Of a stretch of DNA of 64,000 nt, positions 1 to 11,532 are shown piece after piece. A program made the position numbers and the translations under genes. Source of the stretch: Malacoraja senta (taxonomy: Eukaryota); contig CM075993.1 in the NCBI GenBank assembly GCA_038087875.1, forward strand, positions 11,968,001 through 12,032,000. Direction: 5' to 3'. The notes beneath the pieces are model-generated. The model was not told the DNA's origin and made no database searches. It saw nothing but the letters and a program-made list of their open reading frames with translations. Each line of letters starts with the position of its first letter. The stretch's first letter is position 1.

Positions 1-177
1 TTTAGTAAATAGGGAACAAAAGGGCGTACCAAATGGTAGCATTTAAAAAAAGCAGTACAAAAGTCTTAAAGCATCTTTAATATATCCCATTGTCATACGA
101 TTCTTCAGTAGATTCAAAGGACATATATCATTAAAAAATTGTTTCACCCTGAATTGATGTACTTTTCTAACTGGTAC

Positions 178-499
178 TTTAGTTTTTAGTTTAGTTTAGT
201 TTAGAGATACAGCACGGAAACAGGCCCTATGACTCACCAAGTCCGCACAGAGCAGCGATCCCTGCTAATTAACACTATCCTGCACACACTAGGGACAATT
301 TTTACATTTACCAAGCCAATTTACCTACAAACCTGTACGTCTTTGGAGTGTGGGAGGAAACCGAAGATCTCAGAGAAAACCCACGCAGATCATGGAGAGA
401 ACGTACAAACTCCGTACAGACAGCACCCATAGTCGGGATCAAACCCGGGTCCCCGGCACTGCAAGCTCAGCAACTCTACGGCTGTGCCACCGTGCCGCC
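178..499 (-). mobile_element. tRNA-derived V-SINE (HE1-like)
   Basis: tRNA-like head (GGTGGCACAGC...GGTTTGATCC), central GGAGTTTGTACGTTCTC domain, CR1-like 3' end with (CTAAA)n tail; many similar copies in window. Confidence 0.85.
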
Positions 500-667
500 G
501 CTCATGTTCTTTTATTTAGAAAACACAGTAAAAAAATGCTTAATAATGCTAACTTAATGTTCTTCAATCAACGACTGAAATACCTTCCAGATGCTTGCAA
601 GTTATCTTCAAACTCTTTTGAAGTTACTTTGGAAACACTTGAAAGTGTGAAGGTCATAAAGACTTAC

Positions 668-727
668 CTTGAGCGTCTGTTCAGTGGTGTCCTGATTCTT
701 TTTAAAATGTGGACTATTTTTATCAAT
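668..727 (-). CDS. VPS13C: VPS13C exon (60 nt): IDKNSPHFKKNQDTTEQTLK
   Basis: cag|ATT...AAG|gtaagt; resembles ADKNGPSF...TEQTVK. Confidence 0.92.
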
Positions 728-799
728 CTGCAACAATACATTTTGATTATTTAGCTTTACTTCATGACAGATATAAATTATCAGCAAATTCTGTTTAAC

Positions 800-1215
800 G
801 AAACGATATGATACGATACAACTTTATTCATCCCGAGGGAAATTGGTCTGCCAACAATTAAAAGCACATGACAAGGTGCATGAAAACTTGAAATTAAAAT
901 TAAATTAAAAGTGAAAAAGTGGAAAAAAAAAGACTTTTGTCTGGCTGCCGTGTGCACAGCGCCTTAAGCGGAACCAACGAACAAACAAACAAACGCAGGC
1001 TTATTCCCTGGGCAGAGGGTTCTAACACTAGAGTGCCCCCCCCCTCTCCCCACACCGTGTCCCCCTTCGTTCTCCCACCGTCTCTCAAGGCAGTCCCCCC
1101 ACCGGGTCCTCCATTGTTCTTCTCTTCAAGGCAGTCCCCCACGCCGGGTCCCAATTGTCTTCCCCTCCCCTTCCCCCGCCCCCCCCCCCCACCTCATCAA
1201 CCGCTGATCGCGCTT
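800..1215 (-). mobile_element. non-LTR element 3' fragment (Rex1/Babar-type end) with G-rich body
   Basis: Minus strand ends AATTTCCCTCGGGATGAATAAAGTTGTATCGTATC; same end at 59920-60010. Confidence 0.55.
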
Positions 1216-1409
1216 TATTAACATTGGCAAGACCTGCATTTATCACCAACAAAAATGAACTTAATTACAATGACGTTATTTTAAAGAGAAGCAAAAGATC
1301 AGCAGTCACTGTTTCTGGAGCTGTCTTGGTCTGGACAGTTACAAATGGACCTTACTGCTGGTAAGTATGAGGTGGTATGAAGAACAAGTACCTTGTGAGA
1401 ATATTAAAG

Positions 1410-1810
1410 ATAGGACATGCAATGACACACAACTGGACAAACTTGGATTGTTTTCTCTGGAATGCCAGAGGTTGAAGGGCGACCTGATAGAAGAATATAA
1501 AATTAGATAGTAGTCAGAACCTTTTTTTCCCCAGGGTGGAACTGTCAAAGACTAGAAAGCATGGCTTTAAGGTGAGATGGGTAACGTTTAAAGGAGTTGT
1601 GCAGGGCATTTTCTTTCTCTACACAGAAGCGGTAGAGGAGGCAGATGCAATTGTGTGTTTAAGCAGCTTTAGATAGGCACATAGACATGCTGGGAGTGGA
1701 GCCATATGAACCATGTACAGGCTGTTGAGATGAGTTTACCTTGACACTGTGTTTAACACTAACATTGTGGGCTGAAGGCCCTGTTCTCATACAGTATTTC
1801 TCCATGTTCG
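1410..1810 (+). mobile_element. degenerate CR1 LINE 3' end
   Basis: Similarity to the ORF2 C-terminus and 3' UTR of younger copies in the window. Confidence 0.7.
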
Positions 1811-2029
1811 CTATTCAGTGGATGGTGGCACCCTAGAGTGTACCATGGAAGGTTGGAAGGTTAGGAGCTTGGTGTAAGAGATCAAGGATCCATCGAGGTG
1901 GTTTTGTAATTGTAATTGTATTTTATTTCTTAGCCAAGTGTGTAAAAACATACAAGGAATTTCATTTGCCATACAGTCATGCCCAGGTAGATAAGATGAA
2001 GTAAGATGACCAAATATTGTAAGAGCAGT

Positions 2030-2725
2030 GAGATCATGGTAAATATCTATGACACATTGGTTTTATAAAGGTTTAGAGGGGTATGGACCAAATGCAGGCA
2101 GGTGGCACTAGTGTAGAAGGAGCATCTTGGTCAGTATAGGCAAGTTGGGCCAAAATGCCTGTTTCCCTGCTGTCTGACTGCATGACATTGATCTGGCCAC
2201 GGCTAGAGTACCACATACAGTTCTGGCTGCCACATTATAGAAAGGAAGTGCTTGCATGGAGGGGGACAGAGGAGATTCACCGCAATGTTGCCTGGGAGGG
2301 ATAATTTCAGCTATGAGGAGAGATCGGACTGGTATGGTTTGTATTCCTTGATGTGAAGGTGTCTAAGGAGAGACCTAACTGAAATGTTGGAAATTCCGAG
2401 TGGCAACAAACTGATCCCATGGCAAAGGAGTCTGAAAATGGTTAGCATTGATTTAATCTGAGAGCAGGAGATTGAGTGGGGAACTGAGGACAAATTCTCC
2501 ACCCAGAGCTTGGTTTGGATTGGGGCACACTGCTTGAGTGGGTGATAGAGACAGTTACTCCACAATATTTAACTAACAATAAGACAAGCAATTGAGTTAT
2601 TAAGGAATTGATGGCTAAGGTCAGATGTTGGCAGGTGAATTAAATATATATGGGTGGTTTATGGTCAATATGGACAAGGTGGATGGAAGGATCTGTTTAT
2701 CAGCTGTACGACTCCATAACTTCTG
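2030..2725 (+). mobile_element. degenerate CR1 LINE fragments
   Basis: RPRLEY..QFW.P.YRK-like remnant plus CR1 3' UTR. Confidence 0.6.
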
Positions 2726-2842
2726 GTTTAGTAACCAAAATCAATGTCACTAATTGCTTCGACAATATCTAAAAATACTTGCAAGTGAATGAAACCTCTA
2801 ATTTATCCCAAGGATACATTTAATGGAAGATTATTAACCAAC

Positions 2843-2922
2843 CTTAATGTATTCCACTTTCAGAAGATCCGAACCAATGGGATCTACGCAACTGATCAAA
2901 TGAAGCTTCTGATTTTGGTCAT
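2843..2922 (-). CDS. VPS13C: VPS13C exon (80 nt): DQNQKLHLISCVDPIGSDLLKVEYIK
   Basis: cag|AT GAC...AAG|gttggt. Confidence 0.93.
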
Positions 2923-3474
2923 CTGAAGAACACAAAACGATGATGTACAATTTTAATGTGTCCTCCTTTAATAGACCACAATTTAAAATATTACAATAAG
3001 GTAAAGGCAATCGAGAAATCTCAACGAAGATAATTCCTCCGTGTCATAGGTAAAATTTAAAATTACAATAGTTCTTAATAAGCCAATTTTCAAAAACATA
3101 TTACAGATACAACATTTCAGTCCATCAAGATCATGACCATAGATCCATCGTTCACACTAGTTTGATGTTATGCCATGTTCTCGTCCACTCCCTACACATC
3201 AGAGGCAATGTGCAGAGGCCAATTGACCGACAAACTCGCACGTCTTTGGGACATGGGAAGAAACCAGGGCACCAAGGAGATGGTCACCAATCCCTCTCAC
3301 TGTACCTGTGGTGTGACCACCTCACTAAATATACTATTTGCAACGTATCCCACATCATCGCTGCTCCATAGCAAATTCAGTCACAACTCCAACTGTTTTA
3401 CAGTTTGCCCGGACATTTAGCTGGACAAGCTAAATCATAAATATTTAGCTGGACAAGCTAAAAATATTGGATAG

Positions 3475-3870
3475 TGTAGTAAGGAGCTACAGACCGAGTC
3501 TAAACCGAAGATAGACACAAAAAGCTGGAGTAACTCAGTGGGTCCGGCAGCATCTTTGGAGAGAAGGAGTAGGTGACTTTTCGGGTCGAGACCCTTCTTC
3601 AGACCGAGAGTCAGGGGAAAGGGAAAAGAGAGATATAGACGGTGATGTAGAGAGATATAAAAAAAATAATGAAAGATATGCAAAAAAATAACAATAATAA
3701 AGGAAACACCATTATTAGCTGTGGTCTAGGTGAGAACAAGTACAGACAAAGACTCATCAAGGCGACTTTGAAGCTGGTATGACGGATGGGGGAGGGATGG
3801 AGAGAGAGGGAATGGAGGGGTTTACTTGAGGTTAGATAAATCAATATTCATACCACTGGGTGGTAATCTG
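3475..3870 (-). mobile_element. Penelope-like element 3' end / pseudo-LTR
   Basis: Ends ...LPPSGMNIDLSN like the GIY-YIG ORF C-terminus at 8130-8160; carries hammerhead-like core. Confidence 0.8.
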
Positions 3871-4289
3871 GGTTGTAAGATACTGGATATATCCCTGATG
3901 TCACACTTCCTGCAAGAGCAACATACAACTACCATACTCTTTATCGCACTCAAGGACAAAAAAAGAGACAAAGAGAAAGATAGAGCAAAGAGAAAACATG
4001 ACACAGTCTTCAAAGGGCACTTTGTGAAGGATGAACGCTTTCTTTATTCCCCAATGTTTTGTCCTCTGGCAGTTCAGTTCTGATGCACAAGTCAAAATAA
4101 AAAGAGAGCGATATGACAGTCAGAATTTCTTTCCCCTTGATCTTCAACATAAAGCCAGACCACAATCTTCATTTAGAACCAAACCTTGACAATCAATTAA
4201 GACAAAAATAGAAATCAGCAACGTGAATAATTGATACCTATGGTTCGGGCTAGGCTTGACCATTTGCAAATAAGAGGCTAAGTACTTAC

Positions 4290-4443
4290 CCGGAACTTCA
4301 CAGTAATCACAATTGATTTTTTTCAGATATGATGTGGACGTTAAGTCAAATGTTCTCATGTTCACTTCTGTACCCAGCTGCGACACGCTGAAAACAAGCA
4401 GGGGCTTCTCCTGGCTGTCTTGCCGTGAAAGTTCAATGACAAC
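4290..4443 (-). CDS. VPS13C: VPS13C exon (154 nt): VVIELSRQDSQEKPLLVFSVSQLGTEVNMRTFDLTSTSYLKKINCDYCEVP
   Basis: tag|GTT...CCG G|gtaagt. Confidence 0.95.
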
Positions 4444-5747
4444 CTACCAACAAGATACCAAAGGAGTGCCCATTACTGAATGTCTGTAACACAAATCACT
4501 CACTCGCTACCTCAGGTGCACTCTTCTCAGAGTCTCTTGAGCAACACATGGAGATCGCAAAGTTAAGTCATTTAAAATCAAAGAACCGTAAATGCTGGAG
4601 ATCTGAAATAAAAGCAAAAAGCATTCAAGGTACTCAGCAGGTTCAGATAGCGTCTTAGAACAGAACGAGTTCACATTTCAGGACCATGACATTTCATCAG
4701 AGGTTAAAAAGCAAGAAAACAAACTGTGTCCTGCATCTCGGTGTTGAATTGATTCGAGTTATAAAAACAGCACGGAAACAAACGCTTCTGCCCACTGAGG
4801 CCACACCAACCATCAATCACCCATTCACACCAGTCCTGTGTTATCCCACATTCACATCCACTTCCTATACATTGGGGGCAACTTAAAGAGTCCAATTCAT
4901 AAAATACATGATACATTAAATTAAAGTGATGAGTGGAAAGGCTTGGGGGATGGGCAAAGATTGGGAAAGGGGGGTGGGGGGGGGAAGGGAGTCAGTCTCA
5001 GTTTACCCCACTACAGAAGTGGAGGGGGGGGGGGGAGTTGTAATGTTTGATAGCCACAGGGAACCCACATATTTTTGGATGTGAGAGCTAACTCACTGAG
5101 GAAACCCATGCGGTCAGAGATAACATGTAAACTCCATGCAGACAGCACCGAAGGTCAGGATCGAACCCAGATCTCTAGAGCTGTGAGGCAGTAACTTTAC
5201 CCACTGCACGACCCTGCGTGTTCCAGCATGGCCTTTTGGTTGGATTTTTCCCTCTTCTCTAACTGCACTGGTTCACCTACCAACCTGCTGGCATTGAAAT
5301 CTAGACAACCTCGTCCTTGTCCCTGCACAGACCCTCTCTCTTTGTTCCTCCAATACTCTCCCTCTCAGCAGCACATCTGTTTTCTCACTTTACATGTCCA
5401 GGTAAAGCTTTGCTGACCTGAAACATTAACTGCCTGACCTGCCAATTCTCATAATAATTTTATGTTTTAATTTGCAAAGTTATTGCCATAATTTTAGTTT
5501 AGTTTATTGTTACATGTACAGAGGTACAGTGAAAAGGTTTTGTTGCATGCTAACCAGTTCACAGTAAGCCTGTACATCAAATGGCCATGATTCTCACACA
5601 CAAGGCTATGGTCAGGTTCTTTCAATATTAGTACTTTTATTACAACCTACAAGCTGGGCAAAGTCAACAACACAATAAGATAATCAAACTGTCACTGATA
5701 TGGTCCTAATATGGATTAGAGTGTTTCAAAACAGGGAGAGTTTTCAC

Positions 5748-6746
5748 TTTAGTATTAGATATACAGTACAGAAACATACCCTTTGGCCCACTGAGTCCAC
5801 ACCGACCAGCAATCCCGCACATTAGCACTATCCTACACACACAAGGGACAATTGACATTTATACCAAGCCAATTAATCTACAAATGTGTAGGAAGGAAAT
5901 GCAGATGTTGGTTAACACCAAAGATAGACACAAATTGTTGGAGTAACTCAGTGGGATGGGTAACATCTCTGGATAGAAGTAATGGGAGACGCTTCGGGTT
6001 GAGACCCTTCTTCAGATAGAATTAACCTCCAAATCTGTACGTCTTTAGAGTGCGGGAGAAAACTAAAGATCTCGGAGAAAACCCCGCAGTCACGGGGAGA
6101 ATATACAAACTCCATACAAACAGCATCAGTAGTAGGGATTGAACCCGGGCCTCTAGCGCTGTGAGGCAGCAACTCATTGTGTGCAGTTTTGGTCTCTTAA
6201 TTTGAGGAAGGACATTCTTGCTATTGAGGGAGCGCAGCGAGGTTCACCAGGTTAATTCCCGGGATGGCGGGACTGACATATGATGAACAAACTGATCGAT
6301 TGGACTTGTATTTAGAAGGATGAGAGGGGATCTTATGGAAACATATAATATTATTAAGGGATTGGAGAGGCTAGATGCAGGAAAAATGTTCCCGATGTTG
6401 GGGGAGTCCAGAACCAGGGGTCACAGTTTAAGAATAAGGGGTAGGCCATTTAGGACTGAGATGAGGAAAACCCTTTTCACCGTCAGAGTTGTGAATCTGT
6501 CGAATTCTCTGCCATAGAAGGCAGTGGAGGCCAATTCACTGAATATCTTCTGGAGAGAGTTAGATATAACTCTCAGGGCTAATGGAATGAAGGGATATGG
6601 GGAGAAAGCGGGAACGGGGTACTGATTTTGGATGATCAGCCATGATTATATTGAATGGCGGTGCTGGCTCAAAGGGCGGAATGGCCGACTCCTGCACCTA
6701 TTGTCGATGTTTCTATGTTTCTAACTCTACCGCTGTGCCACCGTGC
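5748..6746 (-). mobile_element. V-SINE interrupted by a mini-PLE (5885-6019) and a CR1 (6176-6722)
   Basis: SINE sequence resumes after each insertion; AACTC repeated on both sides of the CR1. Confidence 0.8.
6176..6722 (+). mobile_element. CR1 LINE, 5'-truncated
   Basis: RGDLMETYNIIKGL...RTRGHSLRI; 3' tail TTTCTATG. Confidence 0.9.
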
Positions 6747-7150
6747 GAGATTGGATAGATTTGGATAGTTTTCTCTGGAATGTCGGTGGCTGAGTGGAGA
6801 CTTGATAAAAGTATGTAATATTATGAGAGGCAATGATAGGGTAAGAAAGACGGAACCTTTTTTCCCGGGGTGTAAATGTCTAATACTAGAGGGCATAGCA
6901 ATAAAGTGAGAGGGGGAAAGTGTAATGGAGATGTGAGGGGAAAGTTTTATTTACACAGAGAGTAGCGGGGGACTGGAACACTTTGCTGGTTGAGGAAGAT
7001 ATGATAGTGGCATTTCAGAGCCTTTTAATAGGCACATGGAAGTACAGGGATATGGATCATATGCAGGCAGATGAGATCAGTTTAACCAGGCATCATGCTC
7101 AGCGCAAACATTGTGGGCCGAAGGGCCTGTTCCTCTGCTGTACTGTTCTA
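6747..7150 (+). mobile_element. older CR1 LINE 3' end
   Basis: ORF2 C-terminal remnant and 3' UTR ending GGGCCGAAGGGCCTGTT. Confidence 0.75.
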
Positions 7151-7151
7151 T

Positions 7152-8490
7152 AGATAGACACAAAAAGCTGGAGTAACTCAGTGGGACAGGAAGCATCTCT
7201 GGAGAGAAGGAATGGGTGATGTTTCGGGTCGAGACCCTTCTTCAGACTGGTTAGGGTTAAGGGTAACGAGAGATATACTATAAAAGGTGATGTGGAGAAA
7301 TATAGAACAATGAATGAAAGATATGCAAAAAAGGAAACAGGCCATTGTAAGCTGTTTGTAGGGTGAAAATGAGAAGCTAGTGTAACTTGGGTGGGGGAGG
7401 GATAGAGAGAGAGAGCCGGAGCTACCTGAAGTGAGAGAAATGAAAATTCATACCACTGGGCTGTAAGCTGCCCAAGCAAAATATGAGATGCTGTTCCTCC
7501 AATTTGCGTTTCGCCTCACTGTGACAATGGAGGAGACTGAGGACAGAAAGGTCAGTGTGGGAATGGGAAGGGAAATTAAAGTGTCCAGCACCGGTCGCCC
7601 AGTCTATGTTAGGTCGCGGAATTTCCGCCACCTCCAACGGGATCCCACCACTAGCCATATTTTCCCATCTCCACCCCTTTCCGCCTTCCGCAGAGACCGT
7701 TCCCTCCGCAACTCCCTGGTTAACTCATCCCTTCTCACTCAGTCCACCCCTCCCAAGGTACCTTCCCCTGCAATCGCAGAAGATGCAACACCTGTCGCTA
7801 TACCTCCTCCCTCGACTGTCCAGGGACCCACACAGTACTTTCAGGTTAGGCAGAGGTTCACTTGCACGTCCTCCAACCACATCTACTGTATCCATTGTTC
7901 AAGATGTGGACTCTTATACATCGGCGAGACCAAATGCAGACTGGGCAGTCGTTTCGCGGAACACCTTCGCTCAGCCCACGTGAACCAACCTGATCTCCCG
8001 GTTGCTAAACACTTTAATTCTCCTTCCTATTCGTACACAAACCTTTCTGTCCTCTGTCTCCTCCATTGTCAGAGTGAGGCTAAATGCAAATTGGAGGAAC
8101 AGCATCTCATATTTTGCTTGGGCAGCTTACAGCCCAGTGGTATGAATATTGATTTCTCTCACTTCAGCCCATTCAGTCCAGCATTCCCTCTCTCTATCTC
8201 TCCCCCACCCAAGTCACACTAGCTTCTCATTTTCATCCTACAAACAGCTAACAATGGCCTGTTTCCTTTATCATCATTACTTTTTTGCATATCTTTCATT
8301 CATTGTTCTTTATCTCTCCACATCACCGTCTATATCTCTCGTTTCCCTTATCCCTAACCAGTCTGAAGAAGGGTCTCGACCCGAAACATCACCCATTCCT
8401 TCTCTCCAGAGATGCTGCCTGTCCCGCTGAGTTACTCCAGCTTTTTGTGTCTATCTTTGGTTTAAACCAGCATCTGCAGTTTCTTCTTAC
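7152..8490 (+). mobile_element. Penelope-like element (GIY-YIG endonuclease, Neptune-like) with inverted 5' pseudo-LTR
   Basis: FTCTSSNHIYCIHCSRCGLLYIGETKCRLGSRFAEHLRS...VAKHFN is a PLE GIY-YIG with CCHH residues; 7152-7594 is the reverse complement of 7998-8456. Confidence 0.9.
8361..8393 (+). ncRNA. minimal hammerhead ribozyme-like motif in PLE pseudo-LTR
   Basis: CUGAAGA-A-GGGU(CUCG)ACCC-GAAA-CAUC. Confidence 0.55.
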
Positions 8491-8692
8491 ACTGTTCTGC
8501 ATGGGACTAGCATGGATGGACAAAAAATGGCCTGGATGGACAAAAAATGCTGTACACATCTACGACTCAGTCAAAACCAGTCCAAACTCTAAATTAGAAA
8601 AACCATCATAATGAAAAAATACATGTTTTCCAAAAGGAGAATTATTGCTAAAGAATACAAACCAATAGGGAACATATTAAAATTATTTCTAC

Positions 8693-8844
8693 CTCCTTAA
8701 CTTCAAACTTCAGCTGGAGATCTGTGAGCTCCTCGCTTGGAGTTTCGTTGTCTTCTTGCTGGGCTTCATCAGCCACTGCAGCTCGACTTGGCACGACAAC
8801 CCCTTCCCTTGCATCACTGAATTCCTCTTCAGATCCAAGTGAAC
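8693..8844 (-). CDS. VPS13C: VPS13C exon (152 nt) with FFAT-like motif: SLGSEEEFSDAREGVVVPSRAAVADEAQQEDNETPSEELTDLQLKFEVKE
   Basis: tag|GT TCA...GAG|gtaga; EEL..L.LKFE.KE motif. Confidence 0.92.
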
Positions 8845-9883
8845 CTAAGGAATACCAAGTCAACAGGATACTGCAAATGTATTGAACTGGCTTCCTTTCA
8901 TTGACACTATACAGCGTGTATTATTGATGCTTTCTCAAACTTGGCAAAAGTACATACAATTGCCTGCTGCAGGGATAGAATCAGCAAAGCACTCACTGGA
9001 TCTATTCCTGTACCCCAACCAATATTAAGTCAAGTCAATCAGCGGGCCAGGACCATCCCAGCAAAATGGCCCAACTCGCCCACCACAGATCGATGATGGA
9101 GGAGATTTCGTCTGCTGCGGAACGATAATGGAGGCCCAGTATGGGGAGAAGGCAGGAACGGGGGTACTGATTGGAGATGATCAGCCATGATCACATTGAA
9201 TGACGGTGCTGGCTCGAAGGGCCGAGTGGCCTACTCCTGCACCTATTGTCTATTGGTAGGCCTGGCTCAAACACCGCACTCCAAATCGGCCCCGGAAACA
9301 GGAAAAGAATCGGTGCCAGTGAGGGGGCTGGGGTCTTCCACCGTGACTGCACCTCACACCCACCTCTCCACATTTCATCAAGGAGGCCAAGCTGAGGACC
9401 AGCAAGCCCACAGCTGAGCCGGGCTCCACCATGAGGGAAAACCCACGTGCTTTAATCATTTTGCTTTTAAATACACATTGTTGTTTTAGCAACATTGAAT
9501 TGTATGCATTTTCATTCATTTTTTAAGTAATCTTTGAATAGTTTTAAGTTGTTTCTGTTAAGCAGGCACCCAAGCTCAGTTAAAGAGTTCTTCGTAGCCT
9601 TTAACAGACACGCTATCGAAGTCTATCAGGGCAGTTGGGGAATGGGATTCCAGCAAGTTATTTTATAAATTGTTCATCTCATGTTTGCACTCTTGCAGGA
9701 AGAACAGAATGTTAAAGTCCAGCCCAAGAGAACTTCCTCAATCTTTTATGCTCAGAGATGCAAATATGCATCACTGAAGGGCAAAGATTGCAAATACTTA
9801 GTGGAGTAATCAGCGGATAACTTAGTTGGACCAATGGGCCTGTTTCCACACTGTATAACTCCAATGAACATCGCACAGCAATA

Positions 9884-10065
9884 TGTTAAAGAAGGAACTG
9901 CAGATGCTGGAAAATCGAAGGTAGACAAAAATGCTGGAGAAACTCAGCAGGTGAGGCAGCATCTATGGACAGTCTGAAGAAAGGTTTCGACCCGAAACGT
10001 CGCCTATTTCCTTCGCTCCATAGATGCTGCCTCACCCACTGAGTTTCTCCAGCATTTTTGTCTAC
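9884..10065 (+). mobile_element. miniature fold-back PLE derivative with 15-bp TSD
   Basis: TSD CATCGCACAGCAATA at 9869-9883 and 10066-10080; 50-bp inverted arms around a hammerhead core. Confidence 0.85.
9972..10004 (+). ncRNA. minimal hammerhead ribozyme-like motif
   Basis: CUGAAGA-A-AGGU(UUCG)ACCC-GAAACGUC. Confidence 0.55.
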
Positions 10066-10420
10066 CATCGCACAGCAATACTTTCTTTCATGCATCAATA
10101 TGTGTTTGCTCCAATTTAACTGGAGCGATGTTTAATACTCTTATCTTAACCCGAAAACATTTAAAAAATCTCCATTTCCAATTTTCTCATTTTCACAAGC
10201 TTTTCACTGTACCTTGGAAAGACTTTCACTGTACCACTGTACATGTGACTATAACTAAACTAAACATAAACAATCCTGTGCATAAGTGGAATTAAAAGTG
10301 ATCTCCAGTCTGTAATGTAAAGCTTTGCGATATTCATGTAGTCCTAATTAATGCTGAGTGAAATAGCTTCTGCAGCTTGTGCCACAAGAGCCCAGATGCA
10401 TAGCTGGTTTCATAGCATCC

Positions 10421-10555
10421 GAGTCTGAAGAAGGGTCTCGACCGGAAACGTCACCAATTCCTTCTATCCACAGATGCTGCCTGTCACACTGTGTTACTCC
10501 AGCATTTTGTGACTATCTTTGGTTTAAACTAACATCTGCAATTCCTTCCTACAAT
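10421..10555 (+). mobile_element. solo PLE pseudo-LTR with hammerhead core
   Basis: GTCTGAAGAAGGGTCTCGACCGGAAACGTCACC followed by the conserved PLE terminus. Confidence 0.75.
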
Positions 10556-10892
10556 ACATCACTGTCATAACTTTACATTTAGATGTACAGGATCCTGTTT
10601 TACAACATTCTTCACCCTTGACAGTCACAGTAATGCAGCATAGAAACAGATTCTTTGGCCCAACTAGTCCATGCCCCATCTAACAAGTCACATTTACCCA
10701 CATTTTCCTCATTTAGAGAAGGCGGGAACGGGGTACTGATTGGGGATGATCAGCCATGATCACATTGAATGGCGGTGCTGGCTCGAAGGGCCAAATGGCC
10801 TACTCCTGCACCTATTGTCTATTGTCTATTTCTCTCTGAACCTTTCCTATCCATGCACCAGTCTAACTGCCTCAATTACCTTCTCTGGCAAA

Positions 10893-11170
10893 ATGTGCAG
10901 GAAGGAACTGCAGATACTGGTGAACACCAAACATAGACACAAAATGCTGGAGTAACTCGGCGGGTTAGGGAACATCTCTGGAGAAAAGGAATAGGTGATG
11001 TTTGGGGTCGCGACCCTGCTTCAGACAGTCAAGGAAGAGGGAAAATAGAGGTATGGAAAGGTACAGAACAGATCAGAGCCCACAATGGTCCATTGTTGCC
11101 TGTGGGGGAGGTGATAACGAAGGGATAAATGCGGGTTGAGTCTGAACTGGGAGGTCTGGAACGGGATTTG
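10893..11170 (-). mobile_element. PLE pseudo-LTR fragment
   Basis: Same terminus (GGAAGGAACTGCAGAT...GAGTAACTC) with degenerate hammerhead core. Confidence 0.7.
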
Positions 11171-11375
11171 GAATGGCCAAGGCAGAAGATGGAACCGCAG
11201 GAAAGCCCCGAGAAAACAACACCTGGCTGTGGTAGCGAGTCCGGGTTTAAACTTGGTTGTAGAGCCGGACAGCAGGAGGAATCACAATGGGGAGCTTGTT
11301 CCACAGACCCACCACCGTCTCAGTACTCCTTTCCAGTTTTACCACCTAATAATGCAAGGTACTGTGAGAATCAAA

Positions 11376-11532
11376 GGTAGACAAAAGTGCTGGAGAAACT
11401 CAGCCTGAAGAAGGATTTCGGCCCGAAAGGTTGGCTATTTCCTTCGCTCCATAGATGCTGCTGCACCCGCTGAGTTTCTCCAGCACTTTTGTCTACCTTC
11501 GATTTTCCAGCATCTGCAGTTCCTTCTTAAAC
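11376..11532 (+). mobile_element. miniature fold-back PLE derivative with 15-bp TSD
   Basis: TSD ACTGTGAGAATCAAA at 11361-11375 and 11533-11547; perfect 29-bp inverted arms. Confidence 0.85.

Noticed and set aside
7488..8222. 244-aa ORF as a host or domesticated nuclease gene
   Set aside because: Chimeric across the inversion junction and frameshifted relative to the PLE protein; only a GIY-YIG fragment.
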